Origin: Candidatus Bathyarchaeota archaeon
GTDB taxonomy: Archaea; Thermoproteota; Bathyarchaeia; Bathyarchaeales; DTEX01
DNA: 64,000 nucleotides
Assembly: GCA_018396635.1 (NCBI GenBank)
Contig: JAGTQE010000004.1
Span: 3,797 to 67,796, forward strand
Direction: 5' to 3'
Below the pieces are notes generated by a model. It was given only the letters and a program-made list of their open reading frames with translations, made no database searches and was not told the origin of the DNA. This document shows, in pieces, positions 56,083 to 64,000 of the stretch (the stretch's first letter is position 1; each line of letters opens with the position of its first letter). The translations under genes and the position numbers were made by a program.

Positions 56083-56847
56083 TCAAGAGCCCTCCCTAGA
56101 CAGGTGCTCTCTTGTCTCCTCAGTTAGTTTAAGGAAGACTTCCTCTAGGGTTGCATCTTCACCGGATTTAGAAAGCCTTCTAAGGCTCTCTATGTTGCCT
56201 GACGCTATATTCTGCCCCCTATAGATTATCGCAACCCTGTCACATATCCTCTCAGCAGTGTCTAGAAGATGCGTAGATATGAAGACAGATCCACCCATCT
56301 TAACCCTCTCAGTAAAAATATCTTTTATGACGCGCTGCCCAGCTGGATCTATGCCGATGAAGGGTTCATCTAGAATCAGTATCTCCGGGTCGTGGATGAG
56401 GGCTGATGTTAGAGCAGCTTTCTGCCGCATACCACGCGATAGCGATAATAGTAGAGCCCTTCGCTTCTCCTCCAGCTCAAATAGCCTAATATAATAGTTC
56501 ATTCTCTCCCTAATCTGATCCCTCGGAATACCACGTATCTTTCCAGAATATATGAGGAACTCCTCGAGCGTGAGGTATTCTGGTAGGGAGAGGCTTTCAG
56601 GGACGTAGCCGATGAACCTTTTGTACTCATAGGGATTCTCGTTTATATCGATTCCCTTAATCCTGACTACACCCTTATCCATTTTGAGGAGGCCAACGAT
56701 TATTTTAAGGGTTGTTGTCTTGCCGGCGCCATTTGGGCCTAGAAGTCCAAATATCTCCCCACTATTAACCTCCAGGTTTAGGCCCCTGAGCGCCTGAAAG
56801 CCATTATATGACTTCCATAGATTGATTAGCTCAATAACTGGGGCCAT
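56083..56847 (-). CDS. ABC transporter ATP-binding protein (ABC-2 / DrrA-CcmA-like)
   Basis: Walker A GPNGAGKTT, signature LSRGMRQK, Walker B ILILDEPF. ATG 56847 (MAPVIELINLWKSY) is preferred to the track start 56967. Confidence 0.88.
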   Translation of the reverse strand: MAPVIELINLWKSYNGFQALRGLNLEVNSGEIFGLLGPNGAGKTTTLKIIVGLLKMDKGVVRIKGIDINENPYEYKRFIGYVPESLSLPEYLTLEEFLIYSGKIRGIPRDQIRERMNYYIRLFELEEKRRALLLSLSRGMRQKAALTSALIHDPEILILDEPFIGIDPAGQRVIKDIFTERVKMGGSVFISTHLLDTAERICDRVAIIYRGQNIASGNIESLRRLSKSGEDATLEEVFLKLTEETREHLSREGS

Positions 56848-56933
56848 TAGTCCTTCAGCCACCCTTTTAATAATCAATCTTTCTTTCTTAATAGATATTT
56901 TGCATATCTTATTAATTCGCACCCTTAAAGAGC

Positions 56934-58367
56934 CTATCCAACAAATATGGCTGGCCGAATAGTCCAAGACTGTAGTAGCGTTAAATCCTCAATAATTTTT
57001 GAGTTGAAGCCTTCTGGAAAGATTATCCACCTCCATTGATCATTAACTCTCTTAGTTAAATTCCATCTGCGCACAACTTCGGGAAGATTTGGGAGACCGT
57101 TTAGCTCAACATATTTCGGTTCTCTCCCATACTCTAAATAATGGAAGACTATTTTAGCCGCCATCTCTAAAAGGGCTCCGGGGCCGTACTTAACATCCCC
57201 CTTAACAGCCATTGGTGGAACCCTGCTACGGCGATCCATAAAGTTTTTGCTAAAGCGCAGCAATTCAAGAGCATCCTTCACGCTGATCTTCCCAGAGCGT
57301 GCCTTCAAGTTAAGCGTTTCTGCTGGGTTATCTATTGGGCCAAGCGTGAAATATATGGGCGTCGTCTCCACACTAAAATTCTCTTGGATGGAATTCACTG
57401 CGACATCCGTCAGTAGCCTAAGGGCTTCGGCTGGCGAGATGGATATGCCGTCGATAATGCACCAGTCATTCCGTTCAGACATTTGCTGCGCTAAGGCTAG
57501 TATTTGATCTGGCCTCAGCCCCCGCTCCCCCGGCTCACGAAAGAGTTTGCCAACCTCTCGAAAGGTTATCACTTTGACATGACTATGCTCTAATATGAAG
57601 CTTAGAAATCTGCTGAAAGTCTCGAGCGACTCTCTAACTTTAGCCTCATCCCTCAACGGCGCCGGCATAAGCCCATCTTTGGGAGGGTTCCTGCCAAGCG
57701 AGAAGTTGACAGCATCCCAAAACTTTTCGGTGACGAACATGCATGGATGCATAACTACAACTATAAGCCCACCTTCAGCCTTAGACCCATATATGCTCTC
57801 AAACTTCAACTTTAGATTTTCAAGGTCGGAGAGGGATGAGTGTTCTGGAAAGTACATTGCCGCTCGAAGGCAGAGGCTTCCGCAAAACCATACTGGATCC
57901 GACTCAAAGATGCCGTCAGCGTAGATTGGCACACCCATCTCTCTTAACGCATATGGGGTTTCCGGAGCCCAGCTCCCACCCGGCTGGATGAAGGCTGAGG
58001 GAACTACACCAAAAACTTTCTTAAGGTGTTCTAGCCCAGGCCCTTCCTTCCTCTTAACCTCCTCAACGCCCTCATCCCACAATTTGTCTTTAAGGTACTC
58101 AGATATTACTGGATGCACTGAGTGTAGGTTTGATTGATAGGCTATATCATGCCTTTTGAGGGCATCTATGACATCAAATCTACCTCGCCTCTCCAAAGAT
58201 CTGAGTTTTTCGGCGACAATACAGAACGAACCCTTAACGCCAAACTGCTCTAAAATGTCTATGAGCCTCAAAATAATGTCGTCGGCTTCTGGGGTTATGA
58301 AGTCCTCTGTGTCAAACTGAAAGACCACATAAACTTTCCTATCTAAATTTGATTTTAAGGATAACAT
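56934..58367 (-). CDS. CE4/NodB-like polysaccharide deacetylase-fold protein with a large C-terminal extension
   Basis: VVFQFDTEDF (NodB motif 1-like Asp pair) and NLHSVHP (H-S-x-x-H, motif 2-like). 477 aa. Confidence 0.5.
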   Translation of the reverse strand: MLSLKSNLDRKVYVVFQFDTEDFITPEADDIILRLIDILEQFGVKGSFCIVAEKLRSLERRGRFDVIDALKRHDIAYQSNLHSVHPVISEYLKDKLWDEGVEEVKRKEGPGLEHLKKVFGVVPSAFIQPGGSWAPETPYALREMGVPIYADGIFESDPVWFCGSLCLRAAMYFPEHSSLSDLENLKLKFESIYGSKAEGGLIVVVMHPCMFVTEKFWDAVNFSLGRNPPKDGLMPAPLRDEAKVRESLETFSRFLSFILEHSHVKVITFREVGKLFREPGERGLRPDQILALAQQMSERNDWCIIDGISISPAEALRLLTDVAVNSIQENFSVETTPIYFTLGPIDNPAETLNLKARSGKISVKDALELLRFSKNFMDRRSRVPPMAVKGDVKYGPGALLEMAAKIVFHYLEYGREPKYVELNGLPNLPEVVRRWNLTKRVNDQWRWIIFPEGFNSKIIEDLTLLQSWTIRPAIFVG

Positions 58368-58464
58368 GGCTCACCCACTTTTCCACAAAAACCCTAACCC
58401 CAAGATCCATCTAGGTTCAAAACAATTTAAAGTAGTGAGCATGATATGGCGTTAGGCTAAGAAT

Positions 58465-58962
58465 TCATCTCTTATAACCCAGCTTTCTCAATAGATCTTT
58501 ACGCCACTTGACGCCTTCCTCATCCTCAATGCCCTGCGGCTTCCATCCATCTATGACGCCAAGTATGCCCCTTCCCTGCTCAGTCTCAGCTACAATGACC
58601 TGCAGTGGATTGGCTGTTGCAGCGTGAATTGAGCAAACCTCTGGGACAGATTTTATGGCATTCAGCACATTTATTGGATAGGCGCCCCGCATAACTATTA
58701 GGAAGGAGTGGCCGCAGCCTAGCTTAAGCATATTTTCCGCCGCTATCCTCTTAAGCTCTTCATCCGTGCCTTCAACCCTAACCAACCTTTCGCCGCTAGC
58801 TTCACAGAAGGCTAAGCCGAACTTTACTCCGGGAACAGAGTTAACCATTGCCTCATAGATGTCCTCAACAGTCTTTATGAAGTGTGATGACCCAAGAATA
58901 ATATTACAGTCCTTTGGAAAATCTATGCTCACAACTTTAATCTCAACCATAATGTTCACCAA
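58465..58962 (-). CDS. PF04008-like protein (PAE2307-type, annotated in databases as 'adenosine-specific kinase')
   Basis: ...SHFIKTVEDIYEAMVNSVPGVKFGLAFCEASGERLVR...GHSFLIVMRGAYPINVLNAIK.VPEV..IHAATANPLQVIVAET.QGRGILGVIDG matches my recollection of this conserved archaeal family. Confidence 0.55.
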   Translation of the reverse strand: MVNIMVEIKVVSIDFPKDCNIILGSSHFIKTVEDIYEAMVNSVPGVKFGLAFCEASGERLVRVEGTDEELKRIAAENMLKLGCGHSFLIVMRGAYPINVLNAIKSVPEVCSIHAATANPLQVIVAETEQGRGILGVIDGWKPQGIEDEEGVKWRKDLLRKLGYKR

Positions 58963-59011
58963 TCTAGAATAAAAACTTCCTAAACTATTTAACTATTAAC
59001 TGAATTTAAGA

Positions 59012-60043
59012 TCACTTCCCCAAGTAGTCTTTAACGCTCTCCCATTGATCAAAGATTATCTCTAATAGTCCCGGGAGGCCCTTATGTACTGAGTAAAATA
59101 TGTAGCATAGGTATATGCAGTTTCTGCATTGGCTATACTCCATTCTAAGTTTCTTCATCCACTCGCTTCTCCAAACCTTTGGCAAATCGAATATTGAGGT
59201 TAAAGGCTCCCTGCAGTGGCAGCCTGAAACCCTGCCCAGATGATCTACAACCAGAAAGCTTTTTAGGGCTCCGCACCTCCATATTCTTCGGCCTGTTAGG
59301 GCCAGTTGCTTTACAGCCTCAAGCGTCTTCCTAGTTATATAAATATACTTATTGCTCTTCTTCATTTCCATTAGCTCATCGCATACGTTTGCCAAGGTCT
59401 TCATATCGGTTATTTCATGTTCATCGCTTCTTCTGCCTACCGAAAAGACGCCCTTATCAGGCTGGTAGTCATAGGTGTATAGGCAGTACCAGACTGGAAT
59501 ATTACGTTTGGTAAAATATTTTGTGAAGTCTATTATCTCGTAAAGGTTTATCTGCGATATTGTAGGCGAGACCCCGACATTAATCCCCTCCCTCTTTAGA
59601 GCCTCAATAGTCTCCATAGCCCTTCTCCATGAGCCGCTCAGACCCTTAAGGTAGTCGTTCTTCTTCTCATCAAGCGTGTCTAGCGATATGGCCACGAAGT
59701 CAACGCATCTCAGCTCCTCAACCTTGTTCGCCGCAATGCTCCCATTATCATAAATGGTTGTGATAAAGTATTTAGAGGAATATTCCAGTATTTCCCCTAT
59801 ATCATCACGGAGAAGCGGGTTTCCGCCGGAGAACACTATTTCCAAGACGCCTATATCGCGTAGAATATCTAGTCCGCGCTTCACATCCTTCGTTGATAGC
59901 TCCTCAGAATCTTGGTTCATCCAAACAGTGCAACCCCTACAACGATAATTGCATTTCCTAGTCAAAAACCATTGGGCATGATATGTTCCGGGAGACTTTA
60001 GCGCCCGCCTAGCCAAGCTTAAAATCTTCGATGTTGAAATCAT
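59012..60043 (-). CDS. Radical SAM enzyme with a Cys-rich C-terminal SPASM/twitch-like domain
   Basis: CNYRCRGC (CxxxCxxC) at the N-terminus, the GGNPLL glycine-rich SAM motif, and C-terminal cysteines CGALK...GCHC...CRNCIYLC. Confidence 0.8.
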   Translation of the reverse strand: MISTSKILSLARRALKSPGTYHAQWFLTRKCNYRCRGCTVWMNQDSEELSTKDVKRGLDILRDIGVLEIVFSGGNPLLRDDIGEILEYSSKYFITTIYDNGSIAANKVEELRCVDFVAISLDTLDEKKNDYLKGLSGSWRRAMETIEALKREGINVGVSPTISQINLYEIIDFTKYFTKRNIPVWYCLYTYDYQPDKGVFSVGRRSDEHEITDMKTLANVCDELMEMKKSNKYIYITRKTLEAVKQLALTGRRIWRCGALKSFLVVDHLGRVSGCHCREPLTSIFDLPKVWRSEWMKKLRMEYSQCRNCIYLCYIFYSVHKGLPGLLEIIFDQWESVKDYLGK

Positions 60044-60056
60044 AGCAGCCTCTCTC

Positions 60057-60872
60057 CTACCGCACCGGCTCCCAGGATCTTGAAATTGTCCTATTGAGTA
60101 GCATTAGCGAGATATAATTGCTCACCCATAAATTGAGCACCTTTAAGAAGCCCATACGCTTAAACCGTCTCATCGACTCATAGACAGTTAGGTTCCTAAG
60201 AAAGATCACTTTGCCGATTTTTGAGAGGCGGAAGGCTAAATCATGATCTTCTAGACATGGAAGCCTCTCATTGAAGCCTCCAACCATAAGAAAAGCCTTC
60301 CGCCTAACGGCTAAAAACTCCCCCCTTGAATGCGGCTTAAAGTAAGAGAACAGCCATATGAGAAGATTGTAGAAGCGGAAAAAGGCTACGAGAAGGGGGC
60401 TTGACCCCTTCGGCATAATGTTACATGTTGCTCCAACAACCCTTTCATCCTTAAAGGCTGAAAGAACCTTCTCAATAAAGTCTTTTTGGGGCTCAACATC
60501 AGCATCCATAAAAATAATTATATCGCCGCTCGCATTAAAGGCCCCATAATTCCTCGCCCTACCTATCCCCCGCTTGTTAAGCACATAAACCTTATCCGTA
60601 AACTTCTTGGCAACTTCAATAGTCCCGTCTGTGCTGCCGCCATCAACAACTATTATCTCCAAGCTCTGATCCACGCTAATTATCTTGGCAAGTAAGCTGC
60701 CAATATACTTCCCTTCCTGGAGCGTTGGGATAACGATAGAAACCTTTGGCGAGCATAGCTCAACATTACATTTTTTCTCTTCCACAATTACTAGATAAAA
60801 ATTAGATCTATAAAGAATTTCCCGAACATGGGAAATATTTAATGATAAAAATCGATTTTCTTTAAGGAGCAC
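60057..60872 (-). CDS. Family 2 glycosyltransferase
   Basis: VSIVIPTLQE...IIVVDGGSTDGT...ARNYGA...IIIFMDADV (DxD). The true start may lie downstream of 60872. Confidence 0.82.
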   Translation of the reverse strand: MLLKENRFLSLNISHVREILYRSNFYLVIVEEKKCNVELCSPKVSIVIPTLQEGKYIGSLLAKIISVDQSLEIIVVDGGSTDGTIEVAKKFTDKVYVLNKRGIGRARNYGAFNASGDIIIFMDADVEPQKDFIEKVLSAFKDERVVGATCNIMPKGSSPLLVAFFRFYNLLIWLFSYFKPHSRGEFLAVRRKAFLMVGGFNERLPCLEDHDLAFRLSKIGKVIFLRNLTVYESMRRFKRMGFLKVLNLWVSNYISLMLLNRTISRSWEPVR

Positions 60873-60895
60873 AAATTAACTAGAAAACTTGGAGT

Positions 60896-61060
60896 TTAGA
60901 GTATCCAGTTTTGTCCGGGCTTCCTCTGTAATAGTATCCTCTTCTCATAGTTTCTCCTAGCCCTTATTCTAGGAGGCTTACTTGTCTTCGGCAAGGGCTC
61001 GATTTTAGGGGTTTGTGAGCGAACCTTTCCGGCTTTTGAAAGACTGCCGTGAGTTGGCAT
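60896..61060 (-). CDS. rps30e: 30S ribosomal protein eS30 (S30e); 54 aa, below the ORF-track cutoff
   Basis: Manual translation gives MPTHGSLSKAGKVRSQTPKIEPLPKTSKPPRIRARRNYEKRILLQRKPGQNWIL*. HGSL.KAGKVR.QTPK is the eS30 signature. ATG at 61060-61058, TAA at 60898-60896. Confidence 0.85.
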   Translation of the reverse strand: MPTHGSLSKAGKVRSQTPKIEPLPKTSKPPRIRARRNYEKRILLQRKPGQNWIL

Positions 61061-61064
61061 ACGC

Positions 61065-61697
61065 CTACACCTGCTCAGATACTATTTGCACAGCTCTATT
61101 ATTTATGCTTTTAGCCGGCAGCTCTCTGCTCTTATTGCATATAGATATATGACATTTAACATCCTCTTTAACATTCAGTAGGGAGAATTGTAGCCCAGCC
61201 TCCATAAGCACATTCATGAACACGTCTCTTGTATATATCTTTTTAAGCCCGGTCACAATTATCTCAGAGGAGCCTTTCGCTACTCGCATCATCTCCCTTA
61301 GAGTCAACTGCGGTTCAGGAGAATTCTGAATTAGCGTTATGGCAAATACTTTATCGAATACCTCATCTCTGAAGGGTAAAAAGTCGGCGTCAGCCCTGAT
61401 TAAATGCGCATTCTCTAAGCGCTCTTTCTCAATAAGCCTCTTAGCTCTTTCAAGTGCGCCAAGCGAGATATCAACCCCAACTATCATACTGCCTAAAACG
61501 CCGATATGCTTAAAGAGTATGCCTGTCCCGCAGCCAACATCCAACATGACATCATTTACATTAATACTTATCTTCTTCAAGATCTCCCTAATCTTAAGGC
61601 TCTGCTCATCACCATACAGCGCATCATATACTCTCGCAATTCTATCATAGTATTCGGCCGTCTCACGCTTTATTTTCCAGTGCTCTGAGACAGCCAT
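61065..61697 (-). CDS. Class I SAM-dependent methyltransferase (Methyltransf_11 / UbiE-like)
   Basis: VMLDVGCGTGIL (motif I), ...GVDIS..., ...FDKVFAITLIQN.... The stop lies 4 nt upstream of the eS30 ATG. Confidence 0.8.
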   Translation of the reverse strand: MAVSEHWKIKRETAEYYDRIARVYDALYGDEQSLKIREILKKISINVNDVMLDVGCGTGILFKHIGVLGSMIVGVDISLGALERAKRLIEKERLENAHLIRADADFLPFRDEVFDKVFAITLIQNSPEPQLTLREMMRVAKGSSEIIVTGLKKIYTRDVFMNVLMEAGLQFSLLNVKEDVKCHISICNKSRELPAKSINNRAVQIVSEQV

Positions 61698-61748
61698 ATT
61701 ACTAAATTATTTATTGTCTAAAGAAAATCAAAAATTTTGTGATCTCCG

Positions 61749-62555
61749 TTGCAAAGTAGAAATCCATCTATTGTGAATGAGAAGCCGGGCTTGGAGGAGG
61801 CTGTTAGCATAATTGATAAAGCCTTTAGTGAGCGAAAAACTGTAATTATTGTTGGAAACTGCTGGGTTGATTATCAGGGTAGAGCGAGCTCAAAGCTTGA
61901 GCCAGGCGAGAGAATAGTGATAGTTAAAGAGGATGGATCGGTCTTAGTTCATAGATCCAGGGGGTATGAGCCAGTCAACTGGCAGCCTCCAGGCTGCCTC
62001 ATACAGGCATATATGGAAGGAGGATATTTAACAATCAAATCCGTTAAGAGGAGCCCACGTGAAACAGTGAAAATATTCTTCGACAAGATATTCTTTATTT
62101 CGGTTCTCGACCTTAGAGATGAAGGCGAATTCTCACTCTACGCAAGCGAGGAGGATATGCGTAGGGCGATACTGCTGGAGCCCTCAATTATCGAGGAGGG
62201 CTTTAAGCCAATTGAATATGAGAAGAAGGTTGAGCCGGGATTCATAGATGTCTATGGCATAGATAGGAATGGTTGCATGGTTGTTGTGGAGATAAAGCGT
62301 AGAACCGCTGGAAAAGAAGCGGTCTTACAGCTAGTTAAGTATGTCGAGTCATTGAAGGCTGAGCTGAAACGAGAGGTGAGGGGGATACTAGCAGCCCCAG
62401 ATATATCGAAAGATGCGAAAAACCTCCTAGTCTCTCTGGGGTTAAGCTTTAGGAGGGTTGACCCAAGAAGGTGCTCCCAAATACTATCTAAGATTTGCGG
62501 AAGAGTTGAGGAAAGGAGAATAATGGATTTTCTTAGGGGGCACTCTGGGGGCTAA
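61749..62555 (+). CDS. nucS: Endonuclease NucS / EndoMS (mismatch-specific, RecB-like nuclease)
   Basis: N-terminal half-barrel (...VIIVGNCWVDYQGRASSKLEPGERIVIVKEDGSVLVH...) and a C-terminal PD-(D/E)xK domain (...IDVYGIDRNGCMVVVEIKRR...). TTG start. Confidence 0.88.
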   Translation: MQSRNPSIVNEKPGLEEAVSIIDKAFSERKTVIIVGNCWVDYQGRASSKLEPGERIVIVKEDGSVLVHRSRGYEPVNWQPPGCLIQAYMEGGYLTIKSVKRSPRETVKIFFDKIFFISVLDLRDEGEFSLYASEEDMRRAILLEPSIIEEGFKPIEYEKKVEPGFIDVYGIDRNGCMVVVEIKRRTAGKEAVLQLVKYVESLKAELKREVRGILAAPDISKDAKNLLVSLGLSFRRVDPRRCSQILSKICGRVEERRIMDFLRGHSGG

Positions 62556-62932
62556 TTCTCGATGGAGGTTAGCAGGCTAACTATTTTTGAAGCCATCGAA
62601 ATTATCCTGTCGGTTTCATCTATAACCGCAGCGTCTCCATAAACCTCACGCATATGCTCCAGCCGCTTTATAGTCTCCTCCATATATACTAGAAATCTGA
62701 GTATTGGATTCTTAGGTGGAAGGCCGCCTTCAGTGGTCTCCTCCACTATCCTTTCTATGAGACTAGGTTCACCGAGACTGTAATACACCGCAGCCTGAGC
62801 TTTCCTCAAAGCGTCAACTATGAGACCAAGCGCCCTACTATCCCTCTTCGCCATTTTAACCTCATCGATAGCCTCCCTAAGACATCTTAGAGCCCATCCC
62901 TTCTGATATTCATCCAGCAACAATTCCATCAC
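62552..62932 (-). CDS. Hypothetical all-helical protein
   Basis: 126 aa with a predicted helical bundle and no diagnostic motif (no Rx4-6H HEPN motif seen). It overlaps the nucS stop convergently by 4 nt. Confidence 0.35.
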   Translation of the reverse strand: MMELLLDEYQKGWALRCLREAIDEVKMAKRDSRALGLIVDALRKAQAAVYYSLGEPSLIERIVEETTEGGLPPKNPILRFLVYMEETIKRLEHMREVYGDAAVIDETDRIISMASKIVSLLTSIEN

Positions 62933-62947
62933 GCCACCATTGAGAAT

Positions 62948-63190
62948 TTAACTGTTTTTCTCACTCGTCTCCAATCCTTGGGACTTTAAGGACTCCATCT
63001 GATATATGGAGACTAGCCTAGTTATGTAGCCTGCAATACTGTTTCTAAGCCTATTGGATGGTATAAACGCTATGCTGGACAGTATCTTCTTGTTCTCCTC
63101 AAAATTAGTCGTAAACTTACCCGGATATCTTTTAATCAGTTCACGCGCCATCCTCTTAATCTTTTCTGGACGTACATTCCCCAAGCGCAT
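62948..63190 (-). CDS. rps17e: 30S ribosomal protein eS17 (S17e)
   Basis: MRLGNVRPEKIKRMARELIKRYPGKFTTNFEENKKIL...SNRLRNSIAGYITRL matches the S17e pattern. Confidence 0.88.
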   Translation of the reverse strand: MRLGNVRPEKIKRMARELIKRYPGKFTTNFEENKKILSSIAFIPSNRLRNSIAGYITRLVSIYQMESLKSQGLETSEKNS

Positions 63191-63377
63191 CAGCCTTTCT
63201 ACGCTAGTTCACATTACATAACACTCCAATATATGAAGTTATTGTTAACCTTTCGAAAGAGATAGAGGTAGAGGCTAGTACTGAAAATTAGGGTTAAAGG
63301 TTATAGAAAGGCTTTTCTAATGGAAAAAACAAAAATAATAATTGTATTTGACTTTAAAGTTTAAAAGAGGGAAATAT

Positions 63378-63593
63378 ATGGGCGAATTGGCTATTGCAGC
63401 CATGCATAGAATTTGTAAAAAAGCTGGCGCTGAAAGGGTAAGCGAGTCGGCTGCGATACAGTTGGCTAAAGTGCTTGAGGAGATAGGTATAAAAATTAGT
63501 AAGGAAGCAATAGACTTCGCAATGCATGCTGGTAGAAAAACAGTTAAAGCCGAAGACATAGAGATAGCAGCAAAAAAGGTTTTAAGTAGATAG
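63378..63593 (+). CDS. Archaeal histone (HMf family histone fold)
   Basis: MGELAIAAMHRICKKAGAERVSESAAIQLAKVLEEIGIKISKEAIDFAMHAGRKTVKAEDIEIAAKKV is a canonical histone fold of about 70 aa. ATG 63378 is preferred to the track start 63342. Confidence 0.88.
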   Translation: MGELAIAAMHRICKKAGAERVSESAAIQLAKVLEEIGIKISKEAIDFAMHAGRKTVKAEDIEIAAKKVLSR

Positions 63594-63735
63594 AAGCAGG
63601 AAAATTGCCATACCTCTCCCCCTCCACAATTTACATCCTTTTTTATTGACGACTTAAGGTCGCTATAGCGCTATTATAAGCTGCGGAGGATAACATTAAG
63701 TTTAGCGTAGCTAAATAGTTTATGTAGTTGGGCTG

Positions 63736-64000
63736 GTGGACAAGCTGTCTGTAGCTGTGGTGACTGGCGGCGCAGGCTTTATCGGCAGCCACCTGGTGGG
63801 TAGCCTCCTCCTAGAGGGTTTTAAGGTCATCGTTCTAGACAACTTTTTCACCGGAAGCTTTGAGAATATTCGCACGTACATGGATAATCCAAGGCTCCAA
63901 ATAATTAAGGGAGACGTCAGGAGAAAGAGGGTTGTAAGAGAGATCCTTAGGGAAGCTGACTACGTCTTTCACCTCGCAGCTATTGCCAGCATCCCCCTAT
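63736..64000 (+). CDS. NAD-dependent sugar-nucleotide epimerase/dehydratase (SDR; UDP-glucuronate decarboxylase / dTDP-glucose dehydratase-like), N-terminal part (3' end outside the window)
   Basis: Manual translation from GTG 63736 gives VDKLSVAVVTGGAGFIGSHLVGSLLLEGFKVIVLDNFFTGSFENI...VFHLAAIASIP. This is a Rossmann GxxGxxG, and DNFFTG is typical of UXS-type enzymes. The frame is open to the window end. Confidence 0.8.
   Translation, partial: MDKLSVAVVTGGAGFIGSHLVGSLLLEGFKVIVLDNFFTGSFENIRTYMDNPRLQIIKGDVRRKRVVREILREADYVFHLAAIASIPL

Noticed and set aside
1-64000. CRISPR arrays, IS elements/transposases, integrases, toxin-antitoxin pairs, rRNA genes
   Set aside because: Scanning by eye found no regularly spaced direct repeats, no DDE/tyrosine-recombinase-like ORFs and no rRNA-like GC-rich blocks. 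The only long repeat noticed is the 42-nt ABC paralogue tract reported above.

Overview
This is a densely coding archaeal chromosome segment of about 60 genes on both strands, with short intergenic gaps, many GTG/TTG starts and frequent 1-20 nt gene overlaps. The gene content is clearly archaeal: topoisomerase VI A/B, Orc1/Cdc6, RadA, FEN1, NucS/EndoMS, aIF1A, Rio1 plus a KH (Dim2-like) protein, the Dph2 / NPPF-methylase / Csl4 / RpoL string, archaeal-type PheRS alpha/beta, ribosomal proteins uL16 (L10e), eS17 and eS30, and an HMf-type histone. A tRNA-Arg with two introns (one at a non-canonical position) and GC-rich RNA islands in AT-richer spacers suggest a thermophilic TACK/Thermoproteota-like lineage; this is inference only. 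Metabolic blocks are PEP synthase, an argG-argH-carA-carB operon, a sugar-acid (Entner-Doudoroff-like) cluster with a large glycosidase, and a ThuA / URO-D-like / esterase group. I saw no CRISPR array, transposase, integrase or rRNA. The best candidates for something new are: (1) an unannotated ~210-nt GC-rich RNA at 33370-33579 that folds into two K-turn hairpins, each followed by ACA (a double H/ACA-type guide with unusual outer clamps); (2) a tandem ParB/Srx-fold protein co-transcribed with a 1010-aa FtsX-type membrane protein that has no ATPase partner; (3) a minus-strand cluster of SAM-MTase, eS30, GT2, radical-SAM/SPASM, a PF04008-like protein, a CE4-like deacetylase and an ABC-2 exporter. 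All functional calls rest on my reading of the translated ORFs for remembered family motifs. No database search or alignment was run.
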